Assembly: GCA_964019335.1 (NCBI GenBank)
Contig: OZ025679.1
Span: 62,001-126,000 of the forward strand
Length of the DNA stretch: 64,000 bases
Direction: 5' to 3'
From: Diplonema japonicum
Lineage: Eukaryota; Protista; Euglenozoa: Diplonemea
In this document: positions 1-12,131 of the stretch, piece by piece
Position numbering within the stretch: the stretch's first letter is position 1
Layout: every line of letters starts with the position of its first letter
Position numbers and translations under genes: made by a program
The notes under the pieces: generated by a model
The model's input: only the letters and a program-made list of their open reading frames with translations
The model's database searches: none
What the model was told of the DNA's origin: nothing

Positions 1-463
1 TGTCAAGCTCGGCGACTTCGGGTTCTGCGCCATGATATCTGAGGGCAACGCTGCCAAGCGGCGCACAGTCGTGGGCACACCTTACTGGATGGCACCGGAG
101 GTCATCAAAGGTGACCCTTATGACTTCAAGGCTGACATGTGGTCGTTGGGCATTCTTGGGCTGGAACTATCTGACGGGGAACCTCCCCTCATGTCGCTCC
201 CCCCGATGAGGGCCCTTTATGTGATTGTGACACAGAGAGCGCCTAAGATGAAAAGTAGGAATAAGTATGAAGAAGGGGGGGTAGGGTGGCGTGGTACATA
301 TTCACACAGATGGTCTCGTGAGTGCATCGACTTTGTAGAATGCACGCTTCAGAAAGATCCCAAGCATCGGCCCACTGCCAACGAACTCATGACGCACCCC
401 TTCCTCCGCAAAGCCGCCAAGACCGACCCGAGTTTTATTAAAAAAGCGCTTTCCAGAAAATAG
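1..463 (+). CDS. STE20/PAK-family Ser/Thr kinase, 3' part (5' end outside window); intron 265-309
   Basis: VKLGDFG, VGTPYWMAPE, KADMWSLG, GEPP and RPTA.EL..HPF kinase motifs. Removing GTATG...CACACAG (45 nt) gives PKMKSRNKWSRECIDF, a typical STE20 segment. Confidence 0.92.
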   Translation, partial: VKLGDFGFCAMISEGNAAKRRTVVGTPYWMAPEVIKGDPYDFKADMWSLGILGLELSDGEPPLMSLPPMRALYVIVTQRAPKMKSRNKYEEGGVGWRGTYSHRWSRECIDFVECTLQKDPKHRPTANELMTHPFLRKAAKTDPSFIKKALSRK

Positions 464-1154
464 AAGGAAAATAAACCGGGGGGGGGGGGGGGGAGGGGAT
501 TTTTTTTTTTTACTATTATTTGTTCAAAGGGAACATGGTTGATTTATTTTTACTCTTTTGCTTTGAGTGAAGAGGGAAAAAAAAAAAAAAAAAGAAAAAA
601 AGAAGTCCTCCCCCAAAAGGCCGTATAAGCATTGCCATGTTACTTTTGTGTTTATTTTTCTTTGAACCTCTTTCTCCGAGAGGTGCCGAGTGTGCGTGTG
701 TGTATTCTCCCCCCGCCCCCCCTTCCCTCTTTCCCTTGTTTCCCCCCTTCTACTAGAAGTATAGAAAAAATAATTTGGTTTCTTTTTGATGGGAAGGGGG
801 GGGGAAGAAAAAAGACACTGGGACTGTATTCGTCTCGCATCCAAGCATTGTGAAACTTCCTTTGTGTTTGTTTTGTGTTGTGTGTGTGTTTTTTTTTTCT
901 TTTTTTTTTTTCCTCTACTTCATTTTCCGTATTGTACAGTTCCGTGTGCCATGATCTTTCTTTGCCACTTTGTTTTGAGGTAAGGGGGGAAATGAAAAAA
1001 AAAAAAAAAAAAAAAAAATGAAGGGAAAAAAAGGGGTAGCGGGAGGAAGTGGGCGAAAAACTTGGTAACACAAAGGTAAAAAAAAAAAAAAAAAAAAAAA
1101 AACCTGCAAACATGTAAACATAAAAACAAACCATAAGGAAGGGGGGGGGGGGGG

Positions 1155-1596
1155 GGGGGGGTCATATGGTCCTTAAAAAGGGCCACTTTTTGCCCTTTTT
1201 CAGGCTCTTCGCCAAGGACATTTTGGGCCCTTAAAAAAACTGTAACCACCCCAAAAGTGCCCACAAATCACCCAAACCCCCGTTTCCCGATGGTTTCCGG
1301 CCCCAGAAGTGCCCAGAATCATGTTCTAATTTTGGGACCCCCGTTTGGTACTTTCCCTGTGTAATCCTAGGGAACATAAAATAGGGGGCCCTAGGATTAC
1401 ATAGGGAAAGTACCAAACGGGGGCCCCAAAATTAGAACATGATTCTGGGCACTTCTGGGGCCGGAAACCATCGGGAAACGGGGGTTTGGGTGATTTGTGG
1501 GCACTTTTGGGGTGGTTGCAGTTTTCTTAAGGGCCCAAAATGCCCTTGGCGAAGAGCCTGAAAAAGGGCAAATAACGACCCCCTTATGACCCCCCC
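1155..1596. mobile_element. Foldback/MITE-like element: near-perfect ~185-bp inverted arms around a ~16-nt spacer
   Basis: 1189-1372 is the reverse complement of 1389-1572 with few mismatches; outer ends GGGGGGTCATA...TATGACCCCCC. Confidence 0.8.
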
Positions 1597-1788
1597 TAGG
1601 GCTATGCTGGCAGGAAACGTGGAAACGTTTCCGTTTCCGTTCCCGTTTCCGTTTCCATACTTTTCAAAATTCTTATGGAAACGGCTTCCTTCTTAAGGAA
1701 ACATAAGGAAACGTTTCCGTATCCGTTTCCGTTTCCCTTTTTTTCAAAAAATGCATGGAAACGCGTTTCCATGCCAGCATAGCCCTAG
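1596..1788. mobile_element. Short MITE with TIRs CTAGGGCTATGCTGGCA / TGCCAGCATAGCCCTAG and internal GTTTCC/GGAAAC repeats
   Basis: 17-bp terminal inverted repeats; a related degenerate fragment lies at ~28720-28825. Confidence 0.75.
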
Positions 1789-1914
1789 GGGGGGGGGGGG
1801 GGGGGGGGGGTGGTGACGGAAAAAAGAAAAAAAAAGAGTGAAAAAATGAGATTCCTGCTAGCTCTCTTCCCCTCCCCCCTTTTTTTTCTCCTTTTTCTTT
1901 CAATTGCAGTGGCG

Positions 1915-3563
1915 ATGGTGTCAAGTTATGCTAAACCTCATGAGAAGGTACTCTTCCTTTATTTCCCCCTTTTGAGATGACAGCGTCCTGCCACATACCG
2001 CAGGCACCTTGACTGTCTCTTTTTTTTTTTTTTTTTTCTTCTTTTCTTTTCCTTTTATCCTTTAAGTTTCTACTTCTTTTCCTCCCTTCAAGAGCCCCTA
2101 TTGGGAGGTGGGAAAAAGAAGAGAGCCCATCCCCCCACACTCCCCTTTTATTTTCATGCACACTGAACTTGCCTTGTTGTGTTTTTTTTTTCTTTTTTTT
2201 TTCTTTTTTTTTTCTTATTCACTGGTTTTGTTTATCTTATTATGAGGAGAAAAAAAAAAAGATTTCTATTATGAATATGAATGGAACTGGAAAAAAAAAA
2301 AAAAAAAAAAAAAACAACAACAACAAAAAAACAAAAAAAAAAAAAAGACACACACAGGAACTTCGAGAAAAAAAAATGAAAGTAACCCCGGAATGGCAGC
2401 CGCACACAATGTTGCTGGCAATGTGCCCCATATGGGCAGGGTGGTTCATAGGGCAGACTATTTGCGAGGAAGTCACAAAACTGATTCAGCGATCGAAGTA
2501 CGAAGAGACAATCCGTCCCATCTACCCTATGCTGATACATGGAGTGGTGCTCACTGCAAACCTTGTAGCGGGGTTTGTCATCTTGCTACTGGCACAGGAC
2601 ACGGACGGTGTCACCGAAATCGACATCTCTGCAGGGATGCTGGCGCTTGCCATCTTCATCCCTCACCCGCTCGTAGTGGGGGGCCTTTATGTCTACCAGA
2701 TACCGATCACCACACCCAATGAGGGGTTTACTGGCTGGGTTGTTCTTTCCAAACATAAGTACCTTGTCTTGTCTAGCTTTTTGCTCTCTGGCGGGATATC
2801 CCTGATGTACACCTTTGCCAACCTGGGTATCAAGTACTACACAACGGACACCACAATCCTTCCTGGGATAGCGATGTTAGGGCTGTTCCTCATGTGGGGG
2901 TTTTTATACGTTGCGCAAGCTGCCATGCTGCACATCCCCCGCAAGGCGTGCACCGTGCTCGCCACGGGACTGTCTGTGTTGGGCACTGTCCTGTACTGTG
3001 TGGTGATGAAGGAGTCTGTTGAGATTGATGTCCGGCACAAGTACCCCTACTCTGGAGGCGATGGTGCAGCACTGTGGTGGTCGTACCTTCATATTAACCT
3101 ATTTGTGGGGCTTGCTGCCATTGTTAATTCTGCCAGCCTCATGGTGACCTCACTTATGGTGAATTCCAGCCTCCAGAACTCCTACTGCCTCGGCCTTAGC
3201 CTTGGCATCTCGCTTGGGCTCGGTCTCAACGTTGATACAAGTAGCACCACGCAAGCCCTCTCTCTGTCTCTCTCCCTCACCTTGCTCATCTCTTACACCA
3301 CTCTCCTCTCGGGTATCGGCAACAGGATTCCTTACGGGATCTCCACGGGCCTCCCGTACGCCACAGCACTCTACCTCAACAAGGGTTCTCCTTACGCACA
3401 GCTCACCACCGGCGTGGGGCTTGCGGTGGCCATGGTCCTTGTGCAGGAGGTGTGCGTCGTGTTCACGCTGCAAATATATAAAATGGTTTTCACTACACAG
3501 TCGGAGGTGCCTGCAGGGCAAGTGCTAGAAAGAGACTCGAAAGAAGAAAGGAAGAAGAAATAA
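1915..3563 (+). CDS. Multi-pass membrane protein of unknown function; exons 1915-1947 and 2358-3563
   Basis: Pyrimidine tract + TTGCAG, then ATG at 1915. Phase-0 donor AAG|GTAC joins phase-0 acceptor ACACACAG|GAA. The ORF has about 10 hydrophobic segments. Alternative start at ATG 2376. Confidence 0.7.
1983..2020. repeat. ~38-bp dispersed repeat GCGTCCTGCCACATACCGCAGG...TGTCTC followed by poly-T (second copy 5832-5870)
   Basis: 22-nt identical core in both copies, each followed by a long T run. Confidence 0.8.
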
Positions 3564-3693
3564 GGAAAAGAGCAAACGCGAAAAAAAATGTATACTCCAT
3601 CTTTGACTTCCGTCAAGTAGTTGTTCAAGTAATACCCTTTTGCCTGCTTTTGTTTTTCCTCTTTTCGTTCTTTCAAATCCTCTTCCTCAGGGC

Positions 3694-4359
3694 ATGCCTG
3701 GGCAGTACTGGTGCCACACCTGCAAGGGGGAACGGGATGCACAGGCCGATAGTGACGGCGAGATGGCATGCATGACATGCAGGGGGTGCTTTGTGGAGGC
3801 AGTTGCGGACGATGGTGACAGACGGGAAGTGAATGCGTTTGTGAGTGGTAGTGGTTCTGCCAGCACACAACGAAGCACTGCACGTGGAGGGCTGCAATGG
3901 GAGCAAGTGCGAGGTGTCCCTGGGATGTACACTACTTTTCCAGCATCGCAGTTTGCCTCTTTCGGGCCGGCTTCCTTTTCTGACGACCTTCCAGCAGAGT
4001 TGCTCAACATGCTGCATCAGACTGCCGACGGCCCTGCAGGCCCACCCCCGGCTTCCATTGCCGCGGTGAACTCCCTCGCACAGGTCACCACCGACAGAAA
4101 CTTCTGCGAGGCAAAGAACAAAATTGCAGAGCACTGCACAGTGTGCATGCAGGAGTGGGAGGTGCAGGAGATGTGCACTGAAATGCCTTGCGGGCACTTG
4201 TTCCATACAGACTGTGTCAGCCCGTGGCTCGCAAGACATAATTCGTGCCCAACTTGCAGGTATGTGTGGAACAGGGAAAGAAAGGGAGCAACACACAGAC
4301 ACGAGCTGCCGACAGACGACCTCGACTACGAGACGCGCAGAGAGCGAGAGGGGAGATGA
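3694..4359 (+). CDS. RNF126/RNF115-like RING-H2 E3 ubiquitin ligase with N-terminal zinc ribbon; intron 4260-4298
   Basis: YWCHTC...CMTCRGCFVE zinc ribbon, PPPAS motif, and CTVC...PCGHLFHTDCVSPWL..HNSCPTCR RING-H2. Removing the 39-nt GTATG...ACACACAG gives CPTCRHELPTDD. Confidence 0.93.
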   Translation: MPGQYWCHTCKGERDAQADSDGEMACMTCRGCFVEAVADDGDRREVNAFVSGSGSASTQRSTARGGLQWEQVRGVPGMYTTFPASQFASFGPASFSDDLPAELLNMLHQTADGPAGPPPASIAAVNSLAQVTTDRNFCEAKNKIAEHCTVCMQEWEVQEMCTEMPCGHLFHTDCVSPWLARHNSCPTCRYVWNRERKGATHRHELPTDDLDYETRREREGR

Positions 4360-4386
4360 GTTGGTGGTTGTTCGTGTTTACTTATT

Positions 4387-4425
<39 letters not shown>

Positions 4426-4571
4426 CTTGTTTGTTCTTCTTTTTTCTTTCTCTTTCTAGTAGCATATGGAGGTAGACAAACGGGAAGTCGTTGCTTTTTT
4501 CCCCCCCCCTCTCCCCTTCCCCTCTTGAGCCAACCCACAGCACAGCACGCAGGCGAAAATATGTGAAAAAG

Positions 4572-4952
4572 ATGTTCAACACTTTGAAAGGAGATCTGCG
4601 GTTCATGTGGGGGTTCAAACGTGTGCGATATGGGTTGGGAACAATGGTGCTAGGCGGGGTGCTGGTGGGCACAGGGGTGATTAAGACACGTCCCGACCCT
4701 TATCACCCGCCTGGGCTGGTGTTGAAACCTGTGGCCAGCTACGAGGTTGATGCCTCGCCCCACGGGATGGACGGGGTGCTCTACAGGACGCACCCCGACA
4801 TCGCTTCTTCTATAAAAGGCCTCTACCCCGCCAATGGAACACTCCTCATGGGGAAGGAGACCGTGCAGCACCCGGACTGGATCATTGCCGACAACGGGTA
4901 CTGGCTCCCTCTGGAGGTGGACGGGAAAAAATGCATAAAGAAGAAAAATTGA
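4572..4952 (+). CDS. Small hypothetical protein with one predicted TM segment (start uncertain)
   Basis: Coding-like composition between low-complexity spacers; hydrophobic stretch YGLGTMVLGGVLVGTGVI. Confidence 0.6.
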   Translation: MFNTLKGDLRFMWGFKRVRYGLGTMVLGGVLVGTGVIKTRPDPYHPPGLVLKPVASYEVDASPHGMDGVLYRTHPDIASSIKGLYPANGTLLMGKETVQHPDWIIADNGYWLPLEVDGKKCIKKKN

Positions 4953-5099
4953 TCACGACAGAACATTTAAAAAAAAAAAAAAAAAAAGAAATAGTGTCCA
5001 CCTCCTTCCCTCTTCTTATATTCCGAAAAAAAAAAAAAAAAAATTCACAAACGCCAAGGTTGGGAGGACCGAGAGGGGGGCTCGGAAAAGGGGGGGGAA

Positions 5100-5780
5100 A
5101 TGGAAGCAAAAGTGACAAGACACAACCTAACGCCAGCACTACGAGCTCAGCTGATGTGCAAGGAGTACAGCATGCTCTGCGAACGCCCGTTGGGAGGGGT
5201 GTACCTGCACCCCGTGGACGCCTTTAATGAATGGGCGGGTGTAATATTCATCAATATGCTAAACACTGAAGAGGGCAACCCGTACATAGGGGGAGTCTTT
5301 CGGTTCGTGATCCACTTTCCTGAGACGTATCCTTTTGACAAGCCGAGTTGCCGTTTTTGCTCTGCTGTGTATCACCCCTCAGTGAGTGATATTTCAGGTG
5401 TTGCGGATGTGGGTTATGAATGGTTCAAGGAGCTCACGCCGTTCGTGGACAATATTGCTTATCATTTTGTGCGGCAGATCAGGCAGATTTTCACGACGCT
5501 GCGGCCTCGGGACAATCCGCTCAACGCGCAGGCGAACACCTCCATCTCCAGTAGTCTCTTTATTGAAAAGGCCGTCGAGTCTGCCAACCAGTCCCTCCTC
5601 TCCTGCAACAACCCTGTCAAAGGTTTTCCCAATGCCATGAAGTTCTCAGACCTCCCAGACGGTGCCATTCAGACTATTTTGTCGCTTCTCGAGGACAGGG
5701 ACAAAGCCATCGATATCTTGACTTGGTTCAGATTGGTGTTTCTACAGGTTTCGTCGACCACCGCTTTCAAAAATGTTTGA
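5100..5780 (+). CDS. AKTIP/FTS-like ubiquitin-conjugating enzyme variant (catalytically inactive UEV)
   Basis: UBC fold motifs W.GVIFI, PY.GGVFRF.IHFPETYP and YHPSV. The catalytic Cys position reads SGVADV (Asp), as in AKTIP-type proteins. Confidence 0.8.
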   Translation: MEAKVTRHNLTPALRAQLMCKEYSMLCERPLGGVYLHPVDAFNEWAGVIFINMLNTEEGNPYIGGVFRFVIHFPETYPFDKPSCRFCSAVYHPSVSDISGVADVGYEWFKELTPFVDNIAYHFVRQIRQIFTTLRPRDNPLNAQANTSISSSLFIEKAVESANQSLLSCNNPVKGFPNAMKFSDLPDGAIQTILSLLEDRDKAIDILTWFRLVFLQVSSTTAFKNV

Positions 5781-5831
5781 AAATGTCTTATAAGAAAAAA
5801 AAAGGGGGGGGGGGAACCTTCTTCTTTTTAG

Positions 5832-5866
5832 GCGTCCTGCCACATACCGCAGGTACCCTTAAATGT

Positions 5867-5870
<4 letters not shown>
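5832..5870. repeat. Second copy of the ~38-bp dispersed repeat
   Basis: Matches 1983-2020. Confidence 0.8.
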
Positions 5871-5943
<73 letters not shown>

Positions 5944-6404
5944 GTAGTGTAATCTTTCCGATTTTTTTTTATCCCAAAAAAAAAGGTCATTTTATTTTCC
6001 CCTCTCCACCCCTTTTCCGTCCAAATTTCTGTTTTTTTTTTTTCTCATATTTTTTTCTTCTTTTTTTTCTTGTTGTTGTTTTGCAGTGCTTAGGTTTGTA
6101 TTTTTTTTTTTCTTTTTATTCCCCTTTTGCCGTTTCGATCTTTTTCCCCCTCCTTCCCCCTTCTTCCCTTCTCTTGCCTATCAAACGGGGAAATGCAAAA
6201 TCTGAACAACGGAAAGAACAAAAAACAAAAAAAAAACACAGAAGAAAAAAAGAAGGAAACAAAAAAAAAAAAAAACCAAGGAAGGAAACAGAAGAGGGGA
6301 GGGAAAGAAGGATAGAGGAGAACGGGAAAGCAAATAAATTGACAATGAAAACCATTTTCCACCCCCCCCTTTTTAAAAATCTTCTCCCAAGCACCTTAGG
6401 AACC

Positions 6405-8393
6405 ATGGAGCCCGACTCACATGTAGTACCCAATTCACCTACAACGGCAACCCCGGCCGGGGACTCACCTGTAGAACCTGACTCGCCTGTAGTAGATGAC
6501 AGCAAGCCAAACAGCAAATGCGTGACGCCGTCGTTCTTAAATTTTTTGAAGGTTGTGTGTACAAAGCGTCCCTTAGGGATATTGGGGTCAGGGTCCAACT
6601 TTATGGACGGGATTGCAAATCTGTACATCACGAGTAAGAGCAAAAAGGAAGAAATCAACTGCAAAGCAGAAGAAGCCTTGTGGGAAGAATGCCGGTGGGG
6701 TGGCTGGAAAAAGACACTCTTCCAGGCTGTAGTCGCCCTGCGTCTTAACCCTGCTGAGGTGGACCGAAAGCGTGCGTGTCTCAAACCCCTGTTTCCTCTG
6801 CTTGACGACACGTACCTTGGCCCGGAGTACTATAAGTTCACAGTGATCCTTATCGTTGACCTTTCGTGCGGCATCCCAGGTGTGGATGTCAAGGCACAGC
6901 TTGTCGAGACAACCTCATCGGCGGTGTCGCTCTACCCCCACGAGCCAGTCTACTTCGGAATGTGGATGCACGCCGTCGCGCTGCTGGGCAACATGTCGAA
7001 CCTGCTGAACACCACCTCCACACGCTGCCGCACTGTCGGGGCTGTCCTCGAAGCAGCGGAACTATCACACTACAAACATCACCCGTACGTTGCGTTGGGC
7101 CTTGCGCGGTTACTTTACGAAGCTGGCGAGCACCGCAGCGTAGTTACTGTAGTTGAAAGCTACATTGATCGGGACTATAAAAAATGGATGGGCCTGGACG
7201 GGGATTTCCGGTCGTACCTCAAATGGGTGCAGGCAAAAGCTCTGCTGGAGTTGGTCAAGACAGAGCCGCCCCTGCACGCGGACAAGCATGTCACGAACAT
7301 CGCGAAGCTGCTCTGCGACGAGGTGTCCTTTCCTTCACAGTGCACGACGATGAAGTATGCGGTGTCGATCATGGTGGGGCTCAAGGGCGTCACGAGCGAC
7401 ATGGACAGCGTGCTGGCCGACGAATCCGATCGGCTGTGCAGGACACCCCCGCCGCTGGAGGCTTCCGTCGACGATATCGTTAGTTACGTCTTCCTGCTGA
7501 TGCTGTCGGGGAGGAGCCGCGAGGGGCTTACTTACTTACAGACCTGCAAGCGGAGGTCTTCTGAGATCACCTCCACCGACTTCCCGCTCAACGTGCTTCC
7601 TTCCCCGTCCTTTGCTGAACCTCAGAAGGCGATGTCAGGCGTCGGCTGCCAGTTGTACATTCTTGAATGCTTCTCTGCGTACATGAAGGCCTTCCATCTG
7701 CACGGGGAACTCATAAGGTCAAGAAGGATGCTTAAGCCATGCCGCCAGTCAGTGGTGCCGGGTGACGAAGCATTGCTGGGGGAACCGTTCGAGACCGTTC
7801 TGAACGGGGTTCATGAGTATCTGTCTGAGCATGTGTTTTGGTCGGACAAGCAGCACCCTCCTCCTGTAAACGCCAAAACGGTGGCTGCAACCCTCCCTTC
7901 TGGGCTGAAACATGTGCATGACAAGCACTTATATGCAGTAGTGCCATTCGTGTTGGGGGAGGGCATACTAGGAGGTGGGCATGTCCGGGGGATACTAGCA
8001 AACCCCCCACGAGAAGGGAGAGTGTTCAAAGGAGAAGTGGACTTTGATGATGCTGCTATGGAGTATGGGGACATTAGGAATGAGAGCGACAGCGACAACG
8101 GCAGGCTCAACCTCAACATAGAGTACACACTTGCTGACGAGGCACAGCTGTCTGAGAAGGCAGCTGCACACTTCGGAGACCTGGACGCCTCATGCCGTGG
8201 TGTCATCCACCTCCGCACAGCCGTTACCACTCTGCACCGCTACTTGCGCTGCAACTGCAAGCCCACTACCCCCGCTGACATCCTAACCCGCATCCTCCCC
8301 GTCCTCCACCCCACGGCGCCTGCCTTCATCGACTGCGACACCTGGGTCTGTGCTTTCCTGTCGATTCACAGATGGGAAGTGAACTTACAGTAG
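6405..8393 (+). CDS. Hypothetical protein (~660 aa, probably helical)
   Basis: Long ORF with coding composition from MEPDSHVV; the upstream in-frame part is low-complexity spacer. Confidence 0.8.
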   Translation: MEPDSHVVPNSPTTATPAGDSPVEPDSPVVDDSKPNSKCVTPSFLNFLKVVCTKRPLGILGSGSNFMDGIANLYITSKSKKEEINCKAEEALWEECRWGGWKKTLFQAVVALRLNPAEVDRKRACLKPLFPLLDDTYLGPEYYKFTVILIVDLSCGIPGVDVKAQLVETTSSAVSLYPHEPVYFGMWMHAVALLGNMSNLLNTTSTRCRTVGAVLEAAELSHYKHHPYVALGLARLLYEAGEHRSVVTVVESYIDRDYKKWMGLDGDFRSYLKWVQAKALLELVKTEPPLHADKHVTNIAKLLCDEVSFPSQCTTMKYAVSIMVGLKGVTSDMDSVLADESDRLCRTPPPLEASVDDIVSYVFLLMLSGRSREGLTYLQTCKRRSSEITSTDFPLNVLPSPSFAEPQKAMSGVGCQLYILECFSAYMKAFHLHGELIRSRRMLKPCRQSVVPGDEALLGEPFETVLNGVHEYLSEHVFWSDKQHPPPVNAKTVAATLPSGLKHVHDKHLYAVVPFVLGEGILGGGHVRGILANPPREGRVFKGEVDFDDAAMEYGDIRNESDSDNGRLNLNIEYTLADEAQLSEKAAAHFGDLDASCRGVIHLRTAVTTLHRYLRCNCKPTTPADILTRILPVLHPTAPAFIDCDTWVCAFLSIHRWEVNLQ

Positions 8394-8638
8394 TATTTCC
8401 CCCCTCGCCTATTGTCATCGGTAGCAACAACTGTTCGACTAATTTCCTTTTTCGGAAAAAAAGGGTGGAAGGGGAGTTATGTTATTTACACTTTTTTTTT
8501 CTCCTTCCCTTGGAACTTTAATTTTTTTATTCTCTTTTTTTTCTTGCATCCACAACTCCCCCCCCCCTCCCCGTGTTAACAACAAAAAAGGACCACCCCA
8601 CTTGGCCGTGGGGCTGTCCTCGAGGGCGCTTCCGGTTT

Positions 8639-10845
8639 ATGATCAACAACATGCCTCATGAAAACGAACCACACGAAAGCGATGCCTTATTGAGGGACCG
8701 GAAGAGGAATAGTAGGGAAGAGTATGCATTTCACAAGGTGCTGGATGGGGACAGGGAGAACAAGGGAAGGAGCGGGCTGAGGACAGCAGTGTCGGGAGAA
8801 GAGGAAAAGGGAGCACCCCCGCTGTTCCCTTCTGGTGAGTCGCACGCGTCTTCGCGTGTGGACACGCTACGCATCGACCTGCAGAAGGTAGCCTACAAGC
8901 TGAACATCCCTTTGAAAGCGCTGCTGAAGAATTTCCAGTCGGACCCCTCATCTGAGTCCTGTAAGAAGAATCGTGAGCGTGACCTCACAAAGCTTGAGCT
9001 CCCCCTTGGTGGCGACCCCTCTGGCTTGTTCCAAGACCCAATTGCAGGCACACCCCTTGCGTCCCCCTCCCTTCGCCCTGCAGAGATGAAGATGCAGACA
9101 AAGCGCTCCCTCAACGACTCCAGAGACTTCGGCACCACAGTGCTCATCAGCAACAACAACTGTGAATCACCGAATTTGATATCAGCGGACATGGCCTCTG
9201 TCTCTGCCTCCATGGCTTCAGACGAGAACCTCAAAGTGGAGCTCATGGCTGACAAGAGGGATGAGAAGCTCCCGCACGTTGCGTACCTAGTGCACGACGT
9301 TACACGGGGGGCTACTATGATGGCAATCCCCAACCTGCCGCCCCCGCCAGGCCCCATCGAAATGGATGAGGAGATCAACGAGCCTGCCAACGAGACGTGC
9401 TGCTGGTGCTTCGACATGCCAGAGGACAACCACCACGAGTCCACGTCCGCCATAGGTGAGGTCTCATGCTTCGACTTCACGCAGACCTTCACCGGTAGGA
9501 AGGATGTTGTCAAGTCTGTGATGCTGTATTCCGAGAATGGCGCTCTTTACTTGCAAGTGCAACGCAGGATGCCTTTCTGGGGACTTCCCTGCCTCCTCAC
9601 AGGCATTGTGTGCTCTGCTTTTGTCCCCACGCTCTATAGACAGCTCGCCGTTACCAGCAACGGGAACCACGACAGCAGTGGTGTGAGTGAGACAGTCGGG
9701 TCTGCTGCGTCGCACGTGTGGTGGGCATTAGGAGAGTTCATCGTGTCGAGCTTCTTGATGCTCGTGATGTTGAAGGTGCAAGGTCTGCGATGGCTGGACC
9801 CCTGGCGGTCCATGGCCGCGTCCGACACCCTCTTGTCGCAGTCGGGCATCTTCGTGCTCGTCACTGTCGTGGCTGACGTCGCAAGGCACATCTCGTGGTC
9901 CTTCATCATCAACGATGTGGCACAGGGCCCGACACAACTCTTGCATTCCAGCCATCCCTTGTGGCTGATGGTGTACAGGGCCATGTCGTCGAGCTTGCTG
10001 CTGCTCGGTGAGGTGGGCGGGTCTGTTCTGACTCTGACTGGGAACATCCTTGCTTCGCAGACCCTGGACGGGTTTAGTGACTGGGACCCCAACCACGGTG
10101 TAGTGGCGGGGCTCTGCAGCGGGCTGTCGACAGCTGTGTACCTGCTGTACGCACACAAAGTGATCGCCAACCAGCCAACTGTGGCACTTGTGTGGCTATG
10201 CAAGGTATGAGTACTAACAACTACAACACAGCACAGTGTGTAAACATGCTCGCTGCCATTGGTGTGGTCCTCATCAAGGGAAAGACAAGCTTCTTCACGG
10301 AACCTGCCCCTTTCATGGGCGGGACGGAAGGCTCACAGTATGTTGTGCTGCTAGCAATGGCTGGCATTGGGAGGGACGTGTCGTACCTGTTTGCGCTGAA
10401 AGCCCTGCACTCCCTCCCCGTGTCGACATCCATGGTGGTGGACGCTGTGCTGGCAATTCTTTTCAGCCACTGGTGTCTGAGCGAGAGCGAAAGCTTTGGG
10501 GAGTTGAAGTACCAGTTCATCGTGCCTGGGCTTCTTGTTGCAGTGACTGGGATGTTCATTGCATGTTATGTGGGGCTCAAGGAGAGGACTTTCCAGGAGG
10601 TGGACCTCACAAGCCCGGAGCTTACGAGGAAAGCAGCCCGACCACCTCCCAAACTGACATCAGCTGCACTTGGCGTTCAGCAACAGCGTGCCAAGTCCAA
10701 CCCCCCTATCATGTGGGAGTACTCGCCTCCCCCTTCGCATCTCATCAGTGAAAATGGTATGCAGCCAGCAATGTCATCACAACGCACAGAACCTTCGCCT
10801 CCTATCTATCCGAACGTAAGCCCCTCACGGAGATCAGAGCAATGA
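8639..10845 (+). CDS. EamA/DMT-superfamily-like multi-pass transporter with long soluble N-terminus; intron 10205-10236
   Basis: ORFs 8573-10210 and 10192-10845 join in phase 0 through the 32-nt GTATGAGTACTAAC...GCACAG. About 10 TM helices; LHSSHPLW and G...GLCSGLSTAVY motifs recall DMT repeats. Confidence 0.75.
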
Positions 10846-11460
10846 AAAAACAAAGAATGAAGAAAAAAAAGTGGGAAAGGGAATGGGGAAAAAAAAAAGG
10901 GTGGTTCGTTTTACTTTTTTCTTTTTTTTTTTTTTTTTTTCTTTTTTTTTTTTTTTTGGTGGGGCCGTTGTTAACCACATCGCTTCCTATCAGTGATTTT
11001 TTTTTTCTTTTTTTTCATATTATTATTATTCTTCTTTCCGATTTTCGTTTGGATGCCATGTGCATCTTCATGTATAAATTAAAAAATGCGAAGAGTGTGC
11101 CCTGTGTTCTTGTTCTTTTTTCCCCCTCCCGGTCATTCACGGGCGTCTGATAAGACGATTCTCGTACAGGGGTGTTAGCATGAGAGGTCAGATGCATTGA
11201 CCAGAACAGGGAACAGGGATGGATCTCTTTAAGAACAACGGGAAAAGTGAGCCTCTCTACACGCTGAAATTTATATATATATATTTTTTTTTCCCCCTGC
11301 AACGCTGAGTTAATTACCCCCCTTTTTTGTTCGCTCTTTTCCCCTTTGACCCCTCCCCTCTGACCTGATGTCGTCTTTCCCTGATGTGGTCCCTTTAAGT
11401 GAGGGTGGTACGTGGCTTTTGATGTGTGTGCGTGAGGGAAATCCTCCCTGTGTGGAACAT

Positions 11461-11506
<46 letters not shown>

Positions 11507-12020
11507 TTTCCCAAGCAATATATGGTTTAAAAAATGATAATAAGATCGTGTTCTTTGTGCCGAGTAAGGATTTGCTGCAGGGCTTTTTTTTTTCGTTTTC
11601 TTTTTTACCTTTGCTTTTCCCCTTACTCGAGCAAATAGCCAAAAACAACAGGTTTACCATACCCCCTCCCCCCTTTTATTTTTCTTTTGTTCTTTGCTCC
11701 TTTACAGTTGGTTCTTTGCCTTCACATCAGGGGGCTTCCTTAGTTCTGAAAGTTATTATTTATTTTCTTCTTTTTTTCTTCATTTCTGCAAAAGAAAAGC
11801 AAAAAAACATGCTCTCTTGCTCTCTTCAGGATTACAAACCCAATCAATTTCTGCTTCTACAGAAGGTTAAATGAACTAAAAAGGGTGGGAAGAAAACAAA
11901 CTAGCAATATTATTGAACGGTCCTTATTATCGATAACAACCAAATTTAGAGTAGTCGCTGTTGGATTTTTCACATTTAGTCGCAAGTTGCCCTGTCAAGA
12001 TCTCTGAGGAACAAAAAAAA

Positions 12021-12131
12021 GAGGGGTCAGTGGCCAAGCCATTCGGTTCTGTCACGAATCGCGGAAATCCCTTGAATTAATCCCATAGTTTGGAGCCACA
12101 CAGGCCCTTTCGGGTATGACCTCTTGAAATA

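Noticed and set aside
11130-11270. Possible snoRNA/U3 or hammerhead (CTGATAAG-hairpin)
   Set aside because: Lacks GAAA after the stem and has no consistent C/D or U3 boxes.
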